Shown here: in pieces, positions 25,113 through 36,390 of the stretch
Position numbering within the stretch: position 1 is the first letter of the stretch
Layout of the letters: each line of letters opens with the position of its first letter
Assembly (NCBI GenBank): GCA_918797485.1
Contig: CAKKNE010000006.1
Coordinates: 124,001 to 188,000 of the forward strand
Source of the DNA: Pelagomonas calceolata
Lineage: Eukaryota
Length of the DNA stretch: 64,000 nt
Reading direction: 5' to 3'
The notes under the pieces: model-generated
The model's input: only the letters and a program-made list of their open reading frames with translations
What the model was told of the DNA's origin: nothing
Databases searched by the model: none
Made by a program: the position numbers and the translations under genes

Positions 25113-26096
25113 ATGGCACATTTTACGGCAGGCGTCGCTCTAGCGGTCGTGATCCTGACCGCAGCAGACCCCACGCTACGCCCGTCGACGCCACCGACGC
25201 GACCGCCTACGGCGCCGTCGCCGCGCCCGACGTCGAGCACGCCGCAGCCGACGGACCTCATACGGATCATCGAGCAGGACGTGCAGAGCGCGCCGTATGG
25301 GCTACCGTCGAATACCTGCGCCGCCTTTCAGGTGTCTTTCGAGGGCGGCAGCGACAAGAAATTCAGGGTTGAGATCACCGACTCCGAACGCGGCCTGAAT
25401 TACGTCGCCGCGGGACTAGCCTACTACAACAAAAACGAGGTCTACGGCGATCCCTTCACGCTTGCAAAATGCGATAGTGATTTCGACTACGACGCCCAGA
25501 GCCCCCAGCCGCAGTGCTGGGGGCCCGATTCCAGCGCCGTCGACGTGAGCGGGTACAAGGACCGGGCCGACTGCTCCGGCGACGTGGATGCGTTTGTGAA
25601 GGACCTGGGCGACGACGTCGTGACCACCTTTGCGTTTCGTGCCTCAACGAATGCAAAATGTAGGACGTCGTCCGGCGACTACTACCTTTACGTCTACGCG
25701 CAGCGACGGACGTCCGTGAGCTTCCTCGTCACGTCGGCGAAATCGTCGTGCGGCGGCAACAACAAAAAAGCGGAAAAAGTATCCTTAACCCTCCTCGCGA
25801 TCTTGCTCCCGATCGCGTTCTGCATCGCGATCATCGTCTGCGTGGCCTACTGCGGCTGGGCGACGTGGGAGAATTGTAAGCCGTCGAACCACCGGCCCAC
25901 GGAGTATCCGGAGCATCCCCCGGAGGGCTACGGCCAGGAACCGGTGTTCGATACTCCGGCAACCGGTCAGCTCGACCAGCCCGTCAGCGCCGGTTATGGG
26001 CATGGGGGCAACTGGGCCTCCGCGACGCCGGTCGCCTCGGCGCCGCCCGTCGAGCAGAGTACAGGGTGGACGCCGGCGCAGCATGTCTATAAATAA
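25113..26096 (+). CDS. Hypothetical type I membrane protein
   Basis: Signal peptide, Pro/Thr stalk, Cys-containing ectodomain, TM LLAILLPIAFCIAIIVCVAYC. Confidence 0.75.
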   Translation: MAHFTAGVALAVVILTAADPTLRPSTPPTRPPTAPSPRPTSSTPQPTDLIRIIEQDVQSAPYGLPSNTCAAFQVSFEGGSDKKFRVEITDSERGLNYVAAGLAYYNKNEVYGDPFTLAKCDSDFDYDAQSPQPQCWGPDSSAVDVSGYKDRADCSGDVDAFVKDLGDDVVTTFAFRASTNAKCRTSSGDYYLYVYAQRRTSVSFLVTSAKSSCGGNNKKAEKVSLTLLAILLPIAFCIAIIVCVAYCGWATWENCKPSNHRPTEYPEHPPEGYGQEPVFDTPATGQLDQPVSAGYGHGGNWASATPVASAPPVEQSTGWTPAQHVYK

Positions 26097-26105
26097 AGTT
26101 AGTCC

Positions 26106-28397
26106 TCATAAACCCAGAGAAGAATGGACCTTCGGGGAGGGCGAGAAGTGGGCCTTCGGCGGCGGCGGCGGCGGCGTCTCCGCGAAGGCTGCGTCCAGCG
26201 CGCCCGCCGTCGTCGCCACGTCGTCTGGCTCGTCGTCGCTCGTGTACGGCGAGGAACTCCGCGAGCGCCGCCGCTTCGGCGACCCAGACCTCGACCGCCG
26301 CCGCCGCTGCGACGTACTAGGCGCTCCAAGAGACGGGTGGGCTCCAGAGACGTATGCGGGCAGCCGCTTCGGTCGCACGCGGATCTGGCCGTAGCCGTCT
26401 CGCGCGACGAGCAGTAAGGCTGCATCGTTTTCTTCCCGTCCAAAGTAGTTCCTAGCGCTAAACAACGTCACCAAGCGGCCAGCATGCATGTACTTGTACC
26501 CTCTTCTAACGTACTGATGCGATCGCACGACGAGGTCGATGCCGTTGCCCTCACAGAATCTATCAGTCACGTCGGGCCCGAACTCAACACTAATCCCCCC
26601 GCGCGGCGACATGTGCACGCCCCGCCGCATGTCCGCGTCGGAGTCTGAGGGGTCGCTCCACAGCGCCTGCACGACCCAGGCCGGCGCCACCCTCAGATCA
26701 GATAACGGTCGCGGCACGCCCGCGGCCAGGTCCTCGAGCCGCCAGCTCCCGTCGCCGACGCCCCCGTGGACCACTAATATGCGGTCACCGACTAAAGCAG
26801 CCAAAGGCAACCACTCGAAGACCCCGAAGCACGCCTCGTACACTTCATGTGCGTCGTTCGGCGGGAAGGCCCGGCTACACGCCGCTTTAAATGAAGTAGC
26901 GCCCATGCGCTCCGACGTACTTCGAAATTCGTGGTTGCCCCTGACCAGATAAATGCGCTGCGGGTAGAGTGCTTTGAGCGCGAACAGCAACGCCACCAAA
27001 GCGACCTGGTGCTCGCCGCGATCGATGAAGTCGCCGTTGAAGACATACGAGCACAACTCGACGTCGCCCGCGTTCTTGTGGGTGGGCGCCCCAAAGGACG
27101 CGAACAGGAGCAGCACGTCCCGCAGCTGCCCGTGCGTGTCCCCGAAGATCTTGCAGGGCAACCTCGCGCGTACCAAGGGCGGCTGCGCCGCCGCGATGCG
27201 CTTGCACGCCTGCGCGAGCTCCACTACTCTTCGTGCGAGGACAGATGGATCTGTGGCATCTAACAACAAAGCTAGAGCGGCGTCCGGCGGGTCACACAGC
27301 CACGTCCTATCTAATTCATCTTCCGGCGCGTTGAGGCAGCTGCGAGCCATAGCCCCGGCCCTATCCACACAACCCATGGCCACATCAAATAATTCCGAGT
27401 CGCGCTGCGCGGCACCCGGCCCCCGCCAATCAAACTCGCAGGCCAACGGTGCCGCTAACTCCAGATCGGCGTTCACGGCTTCCGGGTGCACCGGCCGCGT
27501 GACCGCCTTCCGCGACACGCCCTCGCAGGATTCCGAAGTGGACGCGACCTGGGCCTCCGTGGCGCGCGTGACCGCGACCTGGTCGTAGGCCTCGAGAGCC
27601 ACGCGCAATCCCGGGCGATTGGCCTGCCCGCCGTCGGCCTCCGCCCGCGCGTCGGACGCCCGCCATCGATGGCGTCGTCGCCGTTGCGGCGAATCCCCGG
27701 AAAAGCCCATCAGTAGATCTCTTTTTTCTAACCCTCGCGGCCCCAGCAGGTCCTGATCGAGTAAATCGCTCAGGAAATCTTCCTCGGACAGCCCCTGCTC
27801 GCCGCACATCGCATCTGGTATTAATCTAGGTCTATTCTTGGATTCTCGATGCTGTTCCAGTACTCGCATGACATGGTCGACGTGCGTGTCGCCCGCACAC
27901 AGATCCGCGACAAAGTCCCGGTAGTCCTCCCTCGTCAAGCCCTTGGGGCCCCTTCGGTCGTATTTGTGCCATAGAGCCGCCCCGCGCATGCGATCCAACT
28001 CCGGGCACGGCCTCGCGTCACGATGATGAAAGGCCTCCCGCAGCAACAGATACTCGCGCTTGTTCAGCGTGTCCTCGCCCGTCAGATCCGCCGAAGCGAA
28101 CGCCGCCGCGGCTTGCACGTGGTCGAGGCCCCAGAGTTGCCGCGCGGCCATCAAAAACGACTCGCGCGTCATATTTCTCGGTCCGTTCGTCTTCGTTTGC
28201 GCGCCCACGATGCGGTGGAACTCCGTGTCCGACCGCATCTTCGCTTCGATCCTGTCGTCGTAGAACCCTAGTTTTTGTAATAGCGCCTGCTCCCGCTGTT
28301 CCGTTTCTTGCGTACTGGGTTCCTCTTCAAAGTCGATCGAGACGCTCCGACAGTAGCGCAGCGCGCCGGCGGGGCCGAGGCGGCCGTAGTTGGCCAT
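26106..28397 (-). CDS. PPP-family Ser/Thr protein phosphatase with N-terminal EF-hand-like motifs
   Basis: GDTHGQ, GDFIDRG, RGNHE, VHGG, RSHQ, FSARNY; DLTGEDTLNKREY and DRRGPKGLTREDY EF-like loops. Confidence 0.9.
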   Translation of the reverse strand: MANYGRLGPAGALRYCRSVSIDFEEEPSTQETEQREQALLQKLGFYDDRIEAKMRSDTEFHRIVGAQTKTNGPRNMTRESFLMAARQLWGLDHVQAAAAFASADLTGEDTLNKREYLLLREAFHHRDARPCPELDRMRGAALWHKYDRRGPKGLTREDYRDFVADLCAGDTHVDHVMRVLEQHRESKNRPRLIPDAMCGEQGLSEEDFLSDLLDQDLLGPRGLEKRDLLMGFSGDSPQRRRRHRWRASDARAEADGGQANRPGLRVALEAYDQVAVTRATEAQVASTSESCEGVSRKAVTRPVHPEAVNADLELAAPLACEFDWRGPGAAQRDSELFDVAMGCVDRAGAMARSCLNAPEDELDRTWLCDPPDAALALLLDATDPSVLARRVVELAQACKRIAAAQPPLVRARLPCKIFGDTHGQLRDVLLLFASFGAPTHKNAGDVELCSYVFNGDFIDRGEHQVALVALLFALKALYPQRIYLVRGNHEFRSTSERMGATSFKAACSRAFPPNDAHEVYEACFGVFEWLPLAALVGDRILVVHGGVGDGSWRLEDLAAGVPRPLSDLRVAPAWVVQALWSDPSDSDADMRRGVHMSPRGGISVEFGPDVTDRFCEGNGIDLVVRSHQYVRRGYKYMHAGRLVTLFSARNYFGREENDAALLLVARDGYGQIRVRPKRLPAYVSGAHPSLGAPSTSQRRRRSRSGSPKRRRSRSSSPYTSDDEPDDVATTAGALDAAFAETPPPPPPKAHFSPSPKVHSSLGL

Positions 28398-28758
28398 TGT
28401 TGTTTCTCTGTTCTCTGAGATCGCTTTGGGGCAGCTCTTTGGGCAGCCTCTCTCGCGTTGCTCGCTCTGCAAGTGGTGCGCCGCCCAGGTCTGGCTCTGT
28501 AGGCGGTGCTTGCCCACTGCCTCTGTTTTGGCGCTGGCTACACGACGAGCTTAATTGGCCTCTGGTCTTGGCTTTTGTGGGCTGCCCGCACGATCAGAGG
28601 CCGCCAAGTGGGTGGGTGGGTGGGCTCTGCTGCAACTTATGCGAGGAGTCCTACTAAGAATGGCGGGTGTTTGGAGGGTTTGCTCCTTTCCGCCGCAGGC
28701 CGTCGAGCTCTCACGGCGAGGCGCAGTTTCAGTGGCAGTAACAATCGCACGAATCAAC

Positions 28759-29318
28759 ATGGCGGCATAACGACAGCGTATGAATCGAAGACACATACCA
28801 ATCCGTCATATGCGCACAACGCCGCTGGCCGCTGGCACTCACACACTGCCTGGTGTGGTCACCACTCTCTGTCGTGGTCGCGGCGCGCGGAGCGATGGTG
28901 GCTGTGCACGCACGACGCACCGTGGCATCGCTTTTGCACTGCTGCACACACAACAAAGCGTCGATGCGAAACCGCACCGCACACCGTCGTCGTAACGCAC
29001 ACACGAACGCAGGCGCGCCTCTTCTCGACGGCCCGGCGGCTCGTGCCCATCGCCGACCGCGTCCTCGTGAAGCGCGTCGAGCACAAGACGCAGACCGCCG
29101 GCGGCATCTACCTGCCGACGGAACAGAAGGTGAACGAGGCCGACGTCGTCGCCGTCGGCCCGGGAGCGACCGACGAGAGCGGGAAGCTCATCCCCATGGA
29201 GGTCGCCGTCGGCGACTCCGTGCTGCTGCCCGAGTACGGCGCGACGGCCGTCAACATCGGCGAGGAGGAGTTCCACCTCCTGAGGGCGTCGGACATCCTC
29301 GGCAAGTTCGAGGGCTAG
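28759..29318 (+). CDS. HSP10: 10 kDa chaperonin (mitochondrial Hsp10/GroES); main exon 29013-29318, first micro-exon inferred
   Basis: LVPIADRVLV, TAGGIYLP, VVAVGPG, VGDSVLLPEYG, DILG; acceptor cag at 29010-29012; upstream ATG at 28759 would need a GC donor. Confidence 0.88.
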
Positions 29319-29349
29319 TGTCTCTCGCATAAATAGTTGGTGTTCTTAG

Positions 29350-29952
29350 TTAGCTGTAAGACCTTCGTCGATCGCGGCGCTCGCGCGACCGCGACCGCCT
29401 GTGCCGTGCCCGCCCGCGAGAGCGCTCTCGCCGGTCGCGTCGCCCGCCGTCGTCCTGGCGCCGAGATCGGGACCGCTCGTCGTCGCGGCGGCGCTCTCGC
29501 CGGTCGTCGTCGTCGCGGCGCCGCCGGCCGCGGCGCCGGTCCCGCGACCGCGAGCGGTCCCGCCGCCGCCCGCGCGAGCGAGACCGCGACCGCGACCGCG
29601 AGCGGGACCGCGACGGCGCCGGCAGCAACGGCTTGCCGTCGGCGCCCACGATCACGTGTTTAAGGGTGGCGGCCGTCGCGGGCGGGCGCCGCGCCGGCGC
29701 CGCGGCCGCAACGGCGGGGGCGTCCTCGGCGCGGCGCATGATGCGGAAGACGCTGCCGACGTTTTCCGTTCCGGACAGGACCTGCTTCGACGACCGGCTG
29801 AAGCGCTCCAGCACGCCGCACGCATCCTTGGGAGTGGTGAGGCACGGTTCCTCTTCGTTGCGCACCTCGCCTTCGTGCGGTAAGGGTGCGAAGCGGCTGT
29901 CCGGCTTTATTCTGCGGTTGAATTGGTTGCGCTCCGTCTGGTGGCGCGACAT
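29350..29952 (-). CDS. Hypothetical RS/RD-rich nuclear protein
   Basis: 200-aa ORF with RSRSRS / RRRDDD tail. Confidence 0.6.
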   Translation of the reverse strand: MSRHQTERNQFNRRIKPDSRFAPLPHEGEVRNEEEPCLTTPKDACGVLERFSRSSKQVLSGTENVGSVFRIMRRAEDAPAVAAAAPARRPPATAATLKHVIVGADGKPLLPAPSRSRSRSRSRSRSRGRRRDRSRSRDRRRGRRRRDDDDRRERRRDDERSRSRRQDDGGRRDRRERSRGRARHRRSRSRERRDRRRSYS

Positions 29953-30112
29953 CCTCTAGCTTGTGTCTTAGGGTTTGCGGTCGCGGCGGCTTCGTGCCGT
30001 TGGGCGCTGCACGATCGATCTGTTTGTAGTCTCTGAGCACTGTCGACTAAACTGGCTGTCCAGCTGCAGTTGTGCGACCACTGCGGCCGAAAATTGCCAA
30101 AGCACAGGCGCG

Positions 30113-30133
30113 CTAGCGGCAGTAAGACACTAG
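30113..30133 (-). promoter_or_regulatory. CTAG-bounded motif, 161 bp upstream of ATG 29952
   Basis: ctagcggcagtaagacactag. Confidence 0.65.
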
Positions 30134-30271
30134 CGGGAGTAAAACCGCGCAGTGGCTCCGCCCACTAGTCCTAGCACCGTCGTAACAAGTATAAGTATCT
30201 CGTAAAAAAACGCGCCCGCCAGAAGGCGCGACGAGTCCTGGAAGCGAGAACGCCATCGCCGCGCCACGTAA

Positions 30272-31561
30272 CTAGGAACAAATCTTACACACAACGTACA
30301 GCGCCGCCACAACCGCCGGCGCGCGCCACGGCGGCCAGCGCGACGGCTCGAACAGTAAAGCGCGTGGCAGGTCCACGAGCAGAAATGGCCAGTGCGACAG
30401 TAGGATCGCGTCCCGGCCCTGCGCGAGCCGCTGGAGCTGCCGCTGGTGCCAGCCGTAGTTCAGGCCCGGGACCCACACCCTCCGGCCGCCGAGCCACGAC
30501 GGCATCTCGCCGAATTTTGGAGGTTTGAGTATCACCGCTTTTTGATCATGGAGCCACTTCGAAGCACAGGCCGGGTCCACGCACGCGGCGCGCGCGACGC
30601 CGGCGACGTCGGCCACCTGCAACGCCTCCGACGCGGAAGCTCGATCGGAGACGCCGCCGGCGAGCATCAAGGCCGCCTTCAGCGACGTCGAGCGCCGCAG
30701 CTCGGAGACGTGCGGCGCGAACTTGAGACCGGGGCCCGTGCCGGGGAAATCGGCCGATGCCCCCAGACAAGCCACACCAGCCTCATAGGTACCTCCCGAC
30801 ACTTCCGCGAGGTCCAGACGCACCAAGGGGTCGTCGTCCAGGATTTCGAGGACCGTGCGCAGGCGCGCCGCGTCGTCATGAGCGCCGTCGAAGTCCGAGG
30901 CGTTGACCTTGACGCTCAGTATCTGGTTGGGACCGATCGCTTGTCGGCAGGCTCGACACACGTCCACCAACACTCTCGTGCGGCTCCCATACGCATCGTC
31001 TCGGTCGTTCGACGCCCCTAGAAACTGCGATAACAAGTACCCGTGCGCCGCGTGGACCTGGACGCCGTCGAAGCCGCTTCGCACGGCGATGCGCGCGGCC
31101 CGCCCGAAGGCCTTGATCAGGTCGTCGACCTCTTGCGTCGTCATCGTCACAGGCGTCCGGTGCAATTGGGGCCCGACGCCCCCGAGCCGAAAACTCCGGG
31201 CAGAGCAGGACCGGGGCCGGCGCCAGCTCGCGGCGATGGGCGACTGGCGCCCCGGGTGCGACAGCTGCACGAGTACGAGGGCGCCGCCGCTCTTGGCCGC
31301 GCGCGCCCAGTGCGAGACTTGTTTCGTATCTGTCGCTCCATCGAAGACGACGTTCCGCGGCGCCTCCAGGGCCCGCCGGTCGACCATGACGTTGCCCGTG
31401 ATGACTAAACCCCAGCCGCCCGCTGCCCACCGGCCGTAGAGCGCCGTGAGTAATGGCGTCGCGTCGTTGGTGCGCGCGTCGCCGAGGTGCTCCGACGTCG
31501 CGACCTTGCACAATCTATTGTTGAGCGTTCTACCGCAGCGCAGCGCGAGCGGTTGGTCCAT
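30272..31561 (-). CDS. NADH:flavin oxidoreductase / old yellow enzyme family
   Basis: YGRWAAGGWGLVITGNVMVD, QLSHPGRQ, GFDGVQVHAAHGYLLSQFL, EVSGGTYE. Confidence 0.92.
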   Translation of the reverse strand: MDQPLALRCGRTLNNRLCKVATSEHLGDARTNDATPLLTALYGRWAAGGWGLVITGNVMVDRRALEAPRNVVFDGATDTKQVSHWARAAKSGGALVLVQLSHPGRQSPIAASWRRPRSCSARSFRLGGVGPQLHRTPVTMTTQEVDDLIKAFGRAARIAVRSGFDGVQVHAAHGYLLSQFLGASNDRDDAYGSRTRVLVDVCRACRQAIGPNQILSVKVNASDFDGAHDDAARLRTVLEILDDDPLVRLDLAEVSGGTYEAGVACLGASADFPGTGPGLKFAPHVSELRRSTSLKAALMLAGGVSDRASASEALQVADVAGVARAACVDPACASKWLHDQKAVILKPPKFGEMPSWLGGRRVWVPGLNYGWHQRQLQRLAQGRDAILLSHWPFLLVDLPRALLFEPSRWPPWRAPAVVAALYVVCKICS

Positions 31562-31898
31562 TATTCGCACCGCTGCGGCGCGTCGACGGCGTTTTCAGTG
31601 CGGAGAGCAATCAAGCTCTCCGGTGGTTTTGAGCACGCCACGGGCAGCTGCAGCCTCAGCGGTCACCGATTGTGTCCTGGAACAATGTCTAAGCGCTCCG
31701 GCGCGGTAACTGTGACGCGTTTGGCATTCGCCGCGCGATCTATATGAGCACGGGTTTTCATCCGTCGCGTTTTGAGGGCCCAGAGCCTCAGCATCCTGCT
31801 CTCCTGGGTCGATGCCTCACATTCGTCGTTCATTTATGGCCACAATGCCCTCTACAACGTCTGGCTGACGTGCGAGGCAGCTGTGCCGAGATCCAGCC

Positions 31899-32714
31899 AT
31901 GGCAGTGCTAGCAGTGCTGCAGCCTCTACGCAAACGCCTCGTCGCCGGTGCAACAGTGGTCACGATTGCCGTCCTGCTGCGGCCAAAGCTCCAGCGCTGG
32001 TGGCGCCGGCGGCGCTGGGCCCGCGAACAAGACCGCCTCGCGACGCTGGTCTCGTTCGACGACGCGCCGGCCGTCGCCGCGCTCGTGAGCAGGCTCGACG
32101 CGTCTGAGCCGTGCGTCGTCGCCGGCGTCGCATTGGTCGAGGACCGGCGGAGGGCCGTCGCCGTGGCCATCGCCATTGAGTTGCCGTCGATGAAGCGCAT
32201 CGACGGCGCCGTCGTGCCGGTCGCGACGAGTCTACCTTACGAGCCCGGATATGTTGGGTTTCGCGCGGCACCGTTCCTGGCGCGAGCGCTCGGCGCGCTG
32301 AAGGTGGACGTCGCCGTCGCGTTGGTGCGCGGCCACGGCTTCCTCCACCCGCGCAAATTTGGGGTGGCGTGCCACGCGGGCCTCGTCGCCGGCGTGCCGA
32401 CCTGCGGCGTCGCGGACTCACTGCTCCGCGTCGACGGCGTCGACGAGGCGGCAATCGTCTCACGAGCCCGCGCGTCGCTGCAGCTCGGCGAAGCCCTACC
32501 CATCGTCGGCGCCTCGGGCATCGTGTGGGGCGCGGCGCTCCGGGCGACAGTTGAACCGAATTTCCGGCCGACGTACGTGTCGGCCGGGCCCGGCGTCTCG
32601 CTGGCGACGGCCGTCAAACTGGCCGTCGCGTGCCGACGGTACCGCGTGCCCGAGCCCGTGCGGCTCGCGGAGCTCGAGGGACGCGTGGCGTTGCGCGAGC
32701 GCGTCGTGGACTAA
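31899..32714 (+). CDS. Endonuclease V-like protein lacking catalytic acidic residues
   Basis: PYEPGYVGFRA, LVRGHGFLHPRKFGVACHAG, PTCGVAD, PTYVSAGP, RVPEPVRLAE align with EndoV motifs. Confidence 0.85.
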   Translation: MAVLAVLQPLRKRLVAGATVVTIAVLLRPKLQRWWRRRRWAREQDRLATLVSFDDAPAVAALVSRLDASEPCVVAGVALVEDRRRAVAVAIAIELPSMKRIDGAVVPVATSLPYEPGYVGFRAAPFLARALGALKVDVAVALVRGHGFLHPRKFGVACHAGLVAGVPTCGVADSLLRVDGVDEAAIVSRARASLQLGEALPIVGASGIVWGAALRATVEPNFRPTYVSAGPGVSLATAVKLAVACRRYRVPEPVRLAELEGRVALRERVVD

Positions 32715-32747
32715 TTGTTTTGTTGTGAAGAGTGCTGTTCAAGCAGG

Positions 32748-32920
32748 CTCAGGGTCAGGCTAGTTACGGCGCAGGGTTCCCCGTACGCCTCCCGCTCCCC
32801 CCGGGCCCACCCGTCCGGCTGGACTAGGACGCAAGGGCTGAGTCACAGGGACTCGCACGCCCCCCCTCTTTTCGGGACGCCCCCCATCAGGATGTGGTAT
32901 TGGCCGCGTCCTCTTTTACG
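32748..32920 (+). repeat. ~175-bp dispersed repeat, copy 2
   Basis: Matches reverse complement of 1165-1340. Confidence 0.9.
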
Positions 32921-32923
32921 GAA

Positions 32924-32947
32924 CTAGTGTGTCTACAAGCCCGCTAG
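32924..32947 (+). promoter_or_regulatory. CTAG-bounded motif, 252 bp upstream of gyrA ATG
   Basis: ctagtgtgtctacaagcccgctag. Confidence 0.55.
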
Positions 32948-33198
32948 GTCTCCTTCACTAAAGCTGCCTGAAGTCGGAGCGCGCTCGCCGCAGGCGTTGC
33001 CTTGCCTCGCGGTGCAGTGTGTGTACATCTAACATCTCGCGAACACGGCGCAAGCCAACGGAGAGACGCGAGCATTGCCGCTGCAGAAGACAGTAGAGAG
33101 CGGCTGACTCGCTGTGGCAAGCGGTTACCGACGTCCGGGACCACCGCGGTGCAGCGATAGGCGGCCGAGGACCAGGAGAGCGGCCGCGAGGTCGGCGG

Positions 33199-35865
33199 AT
33201 GCGCCTACTCGCCATGCTCCTGGCCGCGCGGGCGGCGCGGGCGCTGCGCCCGGCGCTGCGGCCGCCCCGCGCGCCTCCACAAGCGTGGCGGCGCTTCGCC
33301 GCGACGCAGGAGCCGCCGCCCAAGGAGACGGAGATCATTCCGATTGAATTGGAGGACGAGATGGCCGACAGTTTCATGAAGTATGCCCTGTCGACAATTC
33401 TAGGACGAGCTTTGCCAGACGCCCGCGACGGTTTGAAGCCCGTGCACCGGCGCATCTTGTTTGCGATGCGCGAGTTGAAGTTAGAACCATCATCACAATA
33501 CCGAAAATGTGCGAGAGTCGTAGGTGAGGTATTAGGAAAGTTCCACCCGCACGGAGACTCATCAGTGTACGAGGCGCTCGTGCGCATGGCCCAGGACTTT
33601 GTCATGTCCGAGCGTCTTGTGGATGGCCACGGCAACTTCGGAAGTGTGGACGGGGACCCGCCGGCGGCGATGCGCTACACGGAGTCGCGGTTGACGAAGT
33701 TCGCGGCGTCCGCGTTGCTGAATTCATCGGACCTAGGCCAGGGTCGCGCGGGCGCGTCGTTGAACGGGGGCATCGGCGTGCGCTTCTCCGAGAACTTCGA
33801 CGCGTCCGAATACGAGCCGGACGTCTTGCCGGCGAGATTACCGGTGTTGCTCGTGAACGGCGCGCAAGGTATTGCGGTTGGGATGGCGACGAACATCCCG
33901 CCCCACAACCTGGGCGAGGTCTGCGACGCGGCGCTGGGTCTAGCGAAGGCGGCGAAGAACAATGAGGTCTTCGACGACGATGCACTGTTAAGAGCTCTGC
34001 CGGCGCCCGACTTCCCGACGGGCGGATTGATCATGGGCACGACGGGCGTGGCCCGGGCCTACGCTACGGGGTCTGGTTCCGTCTTGGTGCGAGCTAGGAC
34101 GTCCATCGAGAAATTGCGGTCTGGGCGGACGGCGATCGTGGCCACGGAGCTGCCTTATTTAGTCAGCAAGGCGGATCTCCTCGAGAAGACGGCCGAGGCC
34201 GTGAACAACAAGAAGCTGCAAGGTATTCGTGATTTGCGAGATGAAAGCGGTCGAGCTGGGATGCGTGTGGTGTTCGAACTGAAACGTGACGCGCATCCGG
34301 AGACGGTGCTGGCGAATTTGTTCAAGTCGACGCGGTTGCAGGCGTCGTTCCCCGCGAATTTGGTGGCCGTGGATTGTATAAGAGACGAGAACGGCGTGGA
34401 AGACCCCGACAGAAAAGCACCGGTCCGATTAACTTTACGAAGTGCATTGGAGCGGTGGATGCGGTTCCGGTTCGATTGTGTGCGGAGGCGGGCGTCGTAT
34501 GAAGAGGCTCGAGCGGCGGCGCGACTCCATATCGTGGAAGGCTTGGTGTTGGCGCAGGCGGCCGCGGACGAAGTTGTGGCCGCGGTGCGGAAGTCGGCGT
34601 CGCCCGAGGACGCGAGGAATCTATTGATGAATGGTGGCGTGCCGGGCCTGAAGGCCCTGTCCGAGACGCAAGCCAGGGCCGTCCTGGCGCTTACACTATC
34701 TCGGTTGACGTCTCTGGCAGCCAATGAGCTCAAAGACGAGGAAGCGGATTTAACGCAGGAGCTCGCCCGTCTAAGGAACGAGCTGGAGAACGACTCCGCG
34801 GTCTACGACCGCATCTGCGGCGAGTTGGAGGACTGCAAGAAGCGGTTCGGCGGGCCGCGGCGGTCGGAGATCGTCGAGGAGGACAGCGGTGAGGTGACGG
34901 AGGAGGACACGACGCCGAACGAGCGGAGCGCCATCCTAGCGCTGGCCGGCAATTATCTCAAAAGGACGTCCCTCAAGGAGTTCGCGGCGCAGGCTCGGGG
35001 CGGCGTCGGGCGGCGGGCGGCGCCGCTGGCGGTCGAGCACCTCGCGACGTGCCGCGATCATGATACTTTGCTATGTATCACGGACGCGGGCGTGGCGTAC
35101 GGCGTCCGAGCCTTCAAAGTGCCGCAGGCTAGTCGTGCGGCGCGCGGGTCTCCCTTATCTCGTGTCTTGCCGGTCGACGCCGACAGAAGTATCGCGGGGC
35201 TGTTGCCCGTGTCGCAGCAGCAACTCGAAGGCGATCAAGATTACGTGGTCCTCGTGACGAAACAAGGGCTAGTCAAGAGGACGCCGCTCTCGGCCTACAG
35301 AGACATGACGTCGCGCGGCAAGATCGCGATTCGCCTGAACGAGGGCGACGCCGTGGGCTGGGCGGCGCTGTGCACGTTGGGCGACTCGCTGGTCGTCGCG
35401 ACGGCCAAGGGCATGCTGCTCAAGTACGACGTCGACGCCGTGCGCGAGACGGCGCGGGCGACGATGGGCGTCAAGGCCCTCAAATTGAGGGACGACGACG
35501 AGCTCGCGACGGCGCGGGTGGTCGCTCCGGACAAGGACCACGTCCTCGTGCTGACCGCGGCGGGCTACGGAAAGCGCGTCGACGTCGAGGCGGTGCGCGC
35601 GCGCAGCCGGGCGACGATGGGCGTCCAGGCGATCAAGTTCAAGAAGGAGGGCGACGTGTTGGTGGACGTGAGAGGGGTAGCCGACGACGACGAGGTCCTG
35701 GTCGTGACGAGCGGGGGGACCATCGCTCGCGTGGCCGCGAACACGATCGCTGCGCAGTCGCGGACGGCGAAAGGGGTATCCGTGCAGAAGAGCACGGCGA
35801 AGGACCCGTGCGTCGGCATCTCGCTCGTGCCCGGGGACCTGGCGGGCGTCGTGGCGGACGAGTGA
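33199..35865 (+). CDS. gyrA: DNA gyrase subunit A, organelle-targeted
   Basis: [36 protein letters not shown] (catalytic Tyr), GyrA-box QARGGVG, C-terminal beta-pinwheel repeats; N-terminal targeting peptide. Confidence 0.96.
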   Translation: MRLLAMLLAARAARALRPALRPPRAPPQAWRRFAATQEPPPKETEIIPIELEDEMADSFMKYALSTILGRALPDARDGLKPVHRRILFAMRELKLEPSSQYRKCARVVGEVLGKFHPHGDSSVYEALVRMAQDFVMSERLVDGHGNFGSVDGDPPAAMRYTESRLTKFAASALLNSSDLGQGRAGASLNGGIGVRFSENFDASEYEPDVLPARLPVLLVNGAQGIAVGMATNIPPHNLGEVCDAALGLAKAAKNNEVFDDDALLRALPAPDFPTGGLIMGTTGVARAYATGSGSVLVRARTSIEKLRSGRTAIVATELPYLVSKADLLEKTAEAVNNKKLQGIRDLRDESGRAGMRVVFELKRDAHPETVLANLFKSTRLQASFPANLVAVDCIRDENGVEDPDRKAPVRLTLRSALERWMRFRFDCVRRRASYEEARAAARLHIVEGLVLAQAAADEVVAAVRKSASPEDARNLLMNGGVPGLKALSETQARAVLALTLSRLTSLAANELKDEEADLTQELARLRNELENDSAVYDRICGELEDCKKRFGGPRRSEIVEEDSGEVTEEDTTPNERSAILALAGNYLKRTSLKEFAAQARGGVGRRAAPLAVEHLATCRDHDTLLCITDAGVAYGVRAFKVPQASRAARGSPLSRVLPVDADRSIAGLLPVSQQQLEGDQDYVVLVTKQGLVKRTPLSAYRDMTSRGKIAIRLNEGDAVGWAALCTLGDSLVVATAKGMLLKYDVDAVRETARATMGVKALKLRDDDELATARVVAPDKDHVLVLTAAGYGKRVDVEAVRARSRATMGVQAIKFKKEGDVLVDVRGVADDDEVLVVTSGGTIARVAANTIAAQSRTAKGVSVQKSTAKDPCVGISLVPGDLAGVVADE

Positions 35866-36390
35866 GTAAGTGCTCTATTTAGGTCACTGTACGGGTTTTG
35901 CGCGATTCTCTAGTTTCACCAAAAACCAGCGCGTTAACAGTATCGTGCGTTACAGGGGGCCAAGGTTACGAGAACTTCACTGTACGTACGCTCTCAGAGA
36001 TGTAACCGCGCCCGACCGTCTGAAACCCCTGAAGAGGTGGATACGCGGGCCCGGTCTTCGCCGGAGTGTGCGTCAGCGTGGGCCTCGTCACGCTCGTGTT
36101 TGCGCTCTATCTATTCCTCTCCGAAATGAAGACCTACGCGACAAGGACCCGCGTGGGAAGGCAGCTCTCGAGCTCGGTCGACGCCGCGGCCAACTACGCG
36201 AAGAAGAGAATTCGCCGCGTCGGGTCATCTGAGATCGGCGCTGAGGAGGAGGCCAAGGACGACGCGGCGGCGGCCGCGCTTTAGATGTTTTGGGCCCTAC
36301 TCTGGGTCCGCCCTCCCCGCCCCGATCCCACTAGGCCCTGGAGGGGCGTGTACATAACATCCTATCTTACGGAAATAACCCTATCTCGTG

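Noticed and set aside
32748..32920. SECIS element interpretation of the 3' dispersed repeat
   Set aside because: No ATGA/GA quartet with apical AA recognised and no in-frame TGA in either upstream gene
33199..35865. gyrA as bacterial contamination or recent HGT
   Set aside because: Has an N-terminal targeting peptide and host-like context; nuclear-encoded organellar gyrase is normal in algae
36066..36284. Small TM ORF between gyrA and the NAD fusion gene
   Set aside because: No convincing start or family motif; possibly a 3' gene fragment, not supportable as a gene
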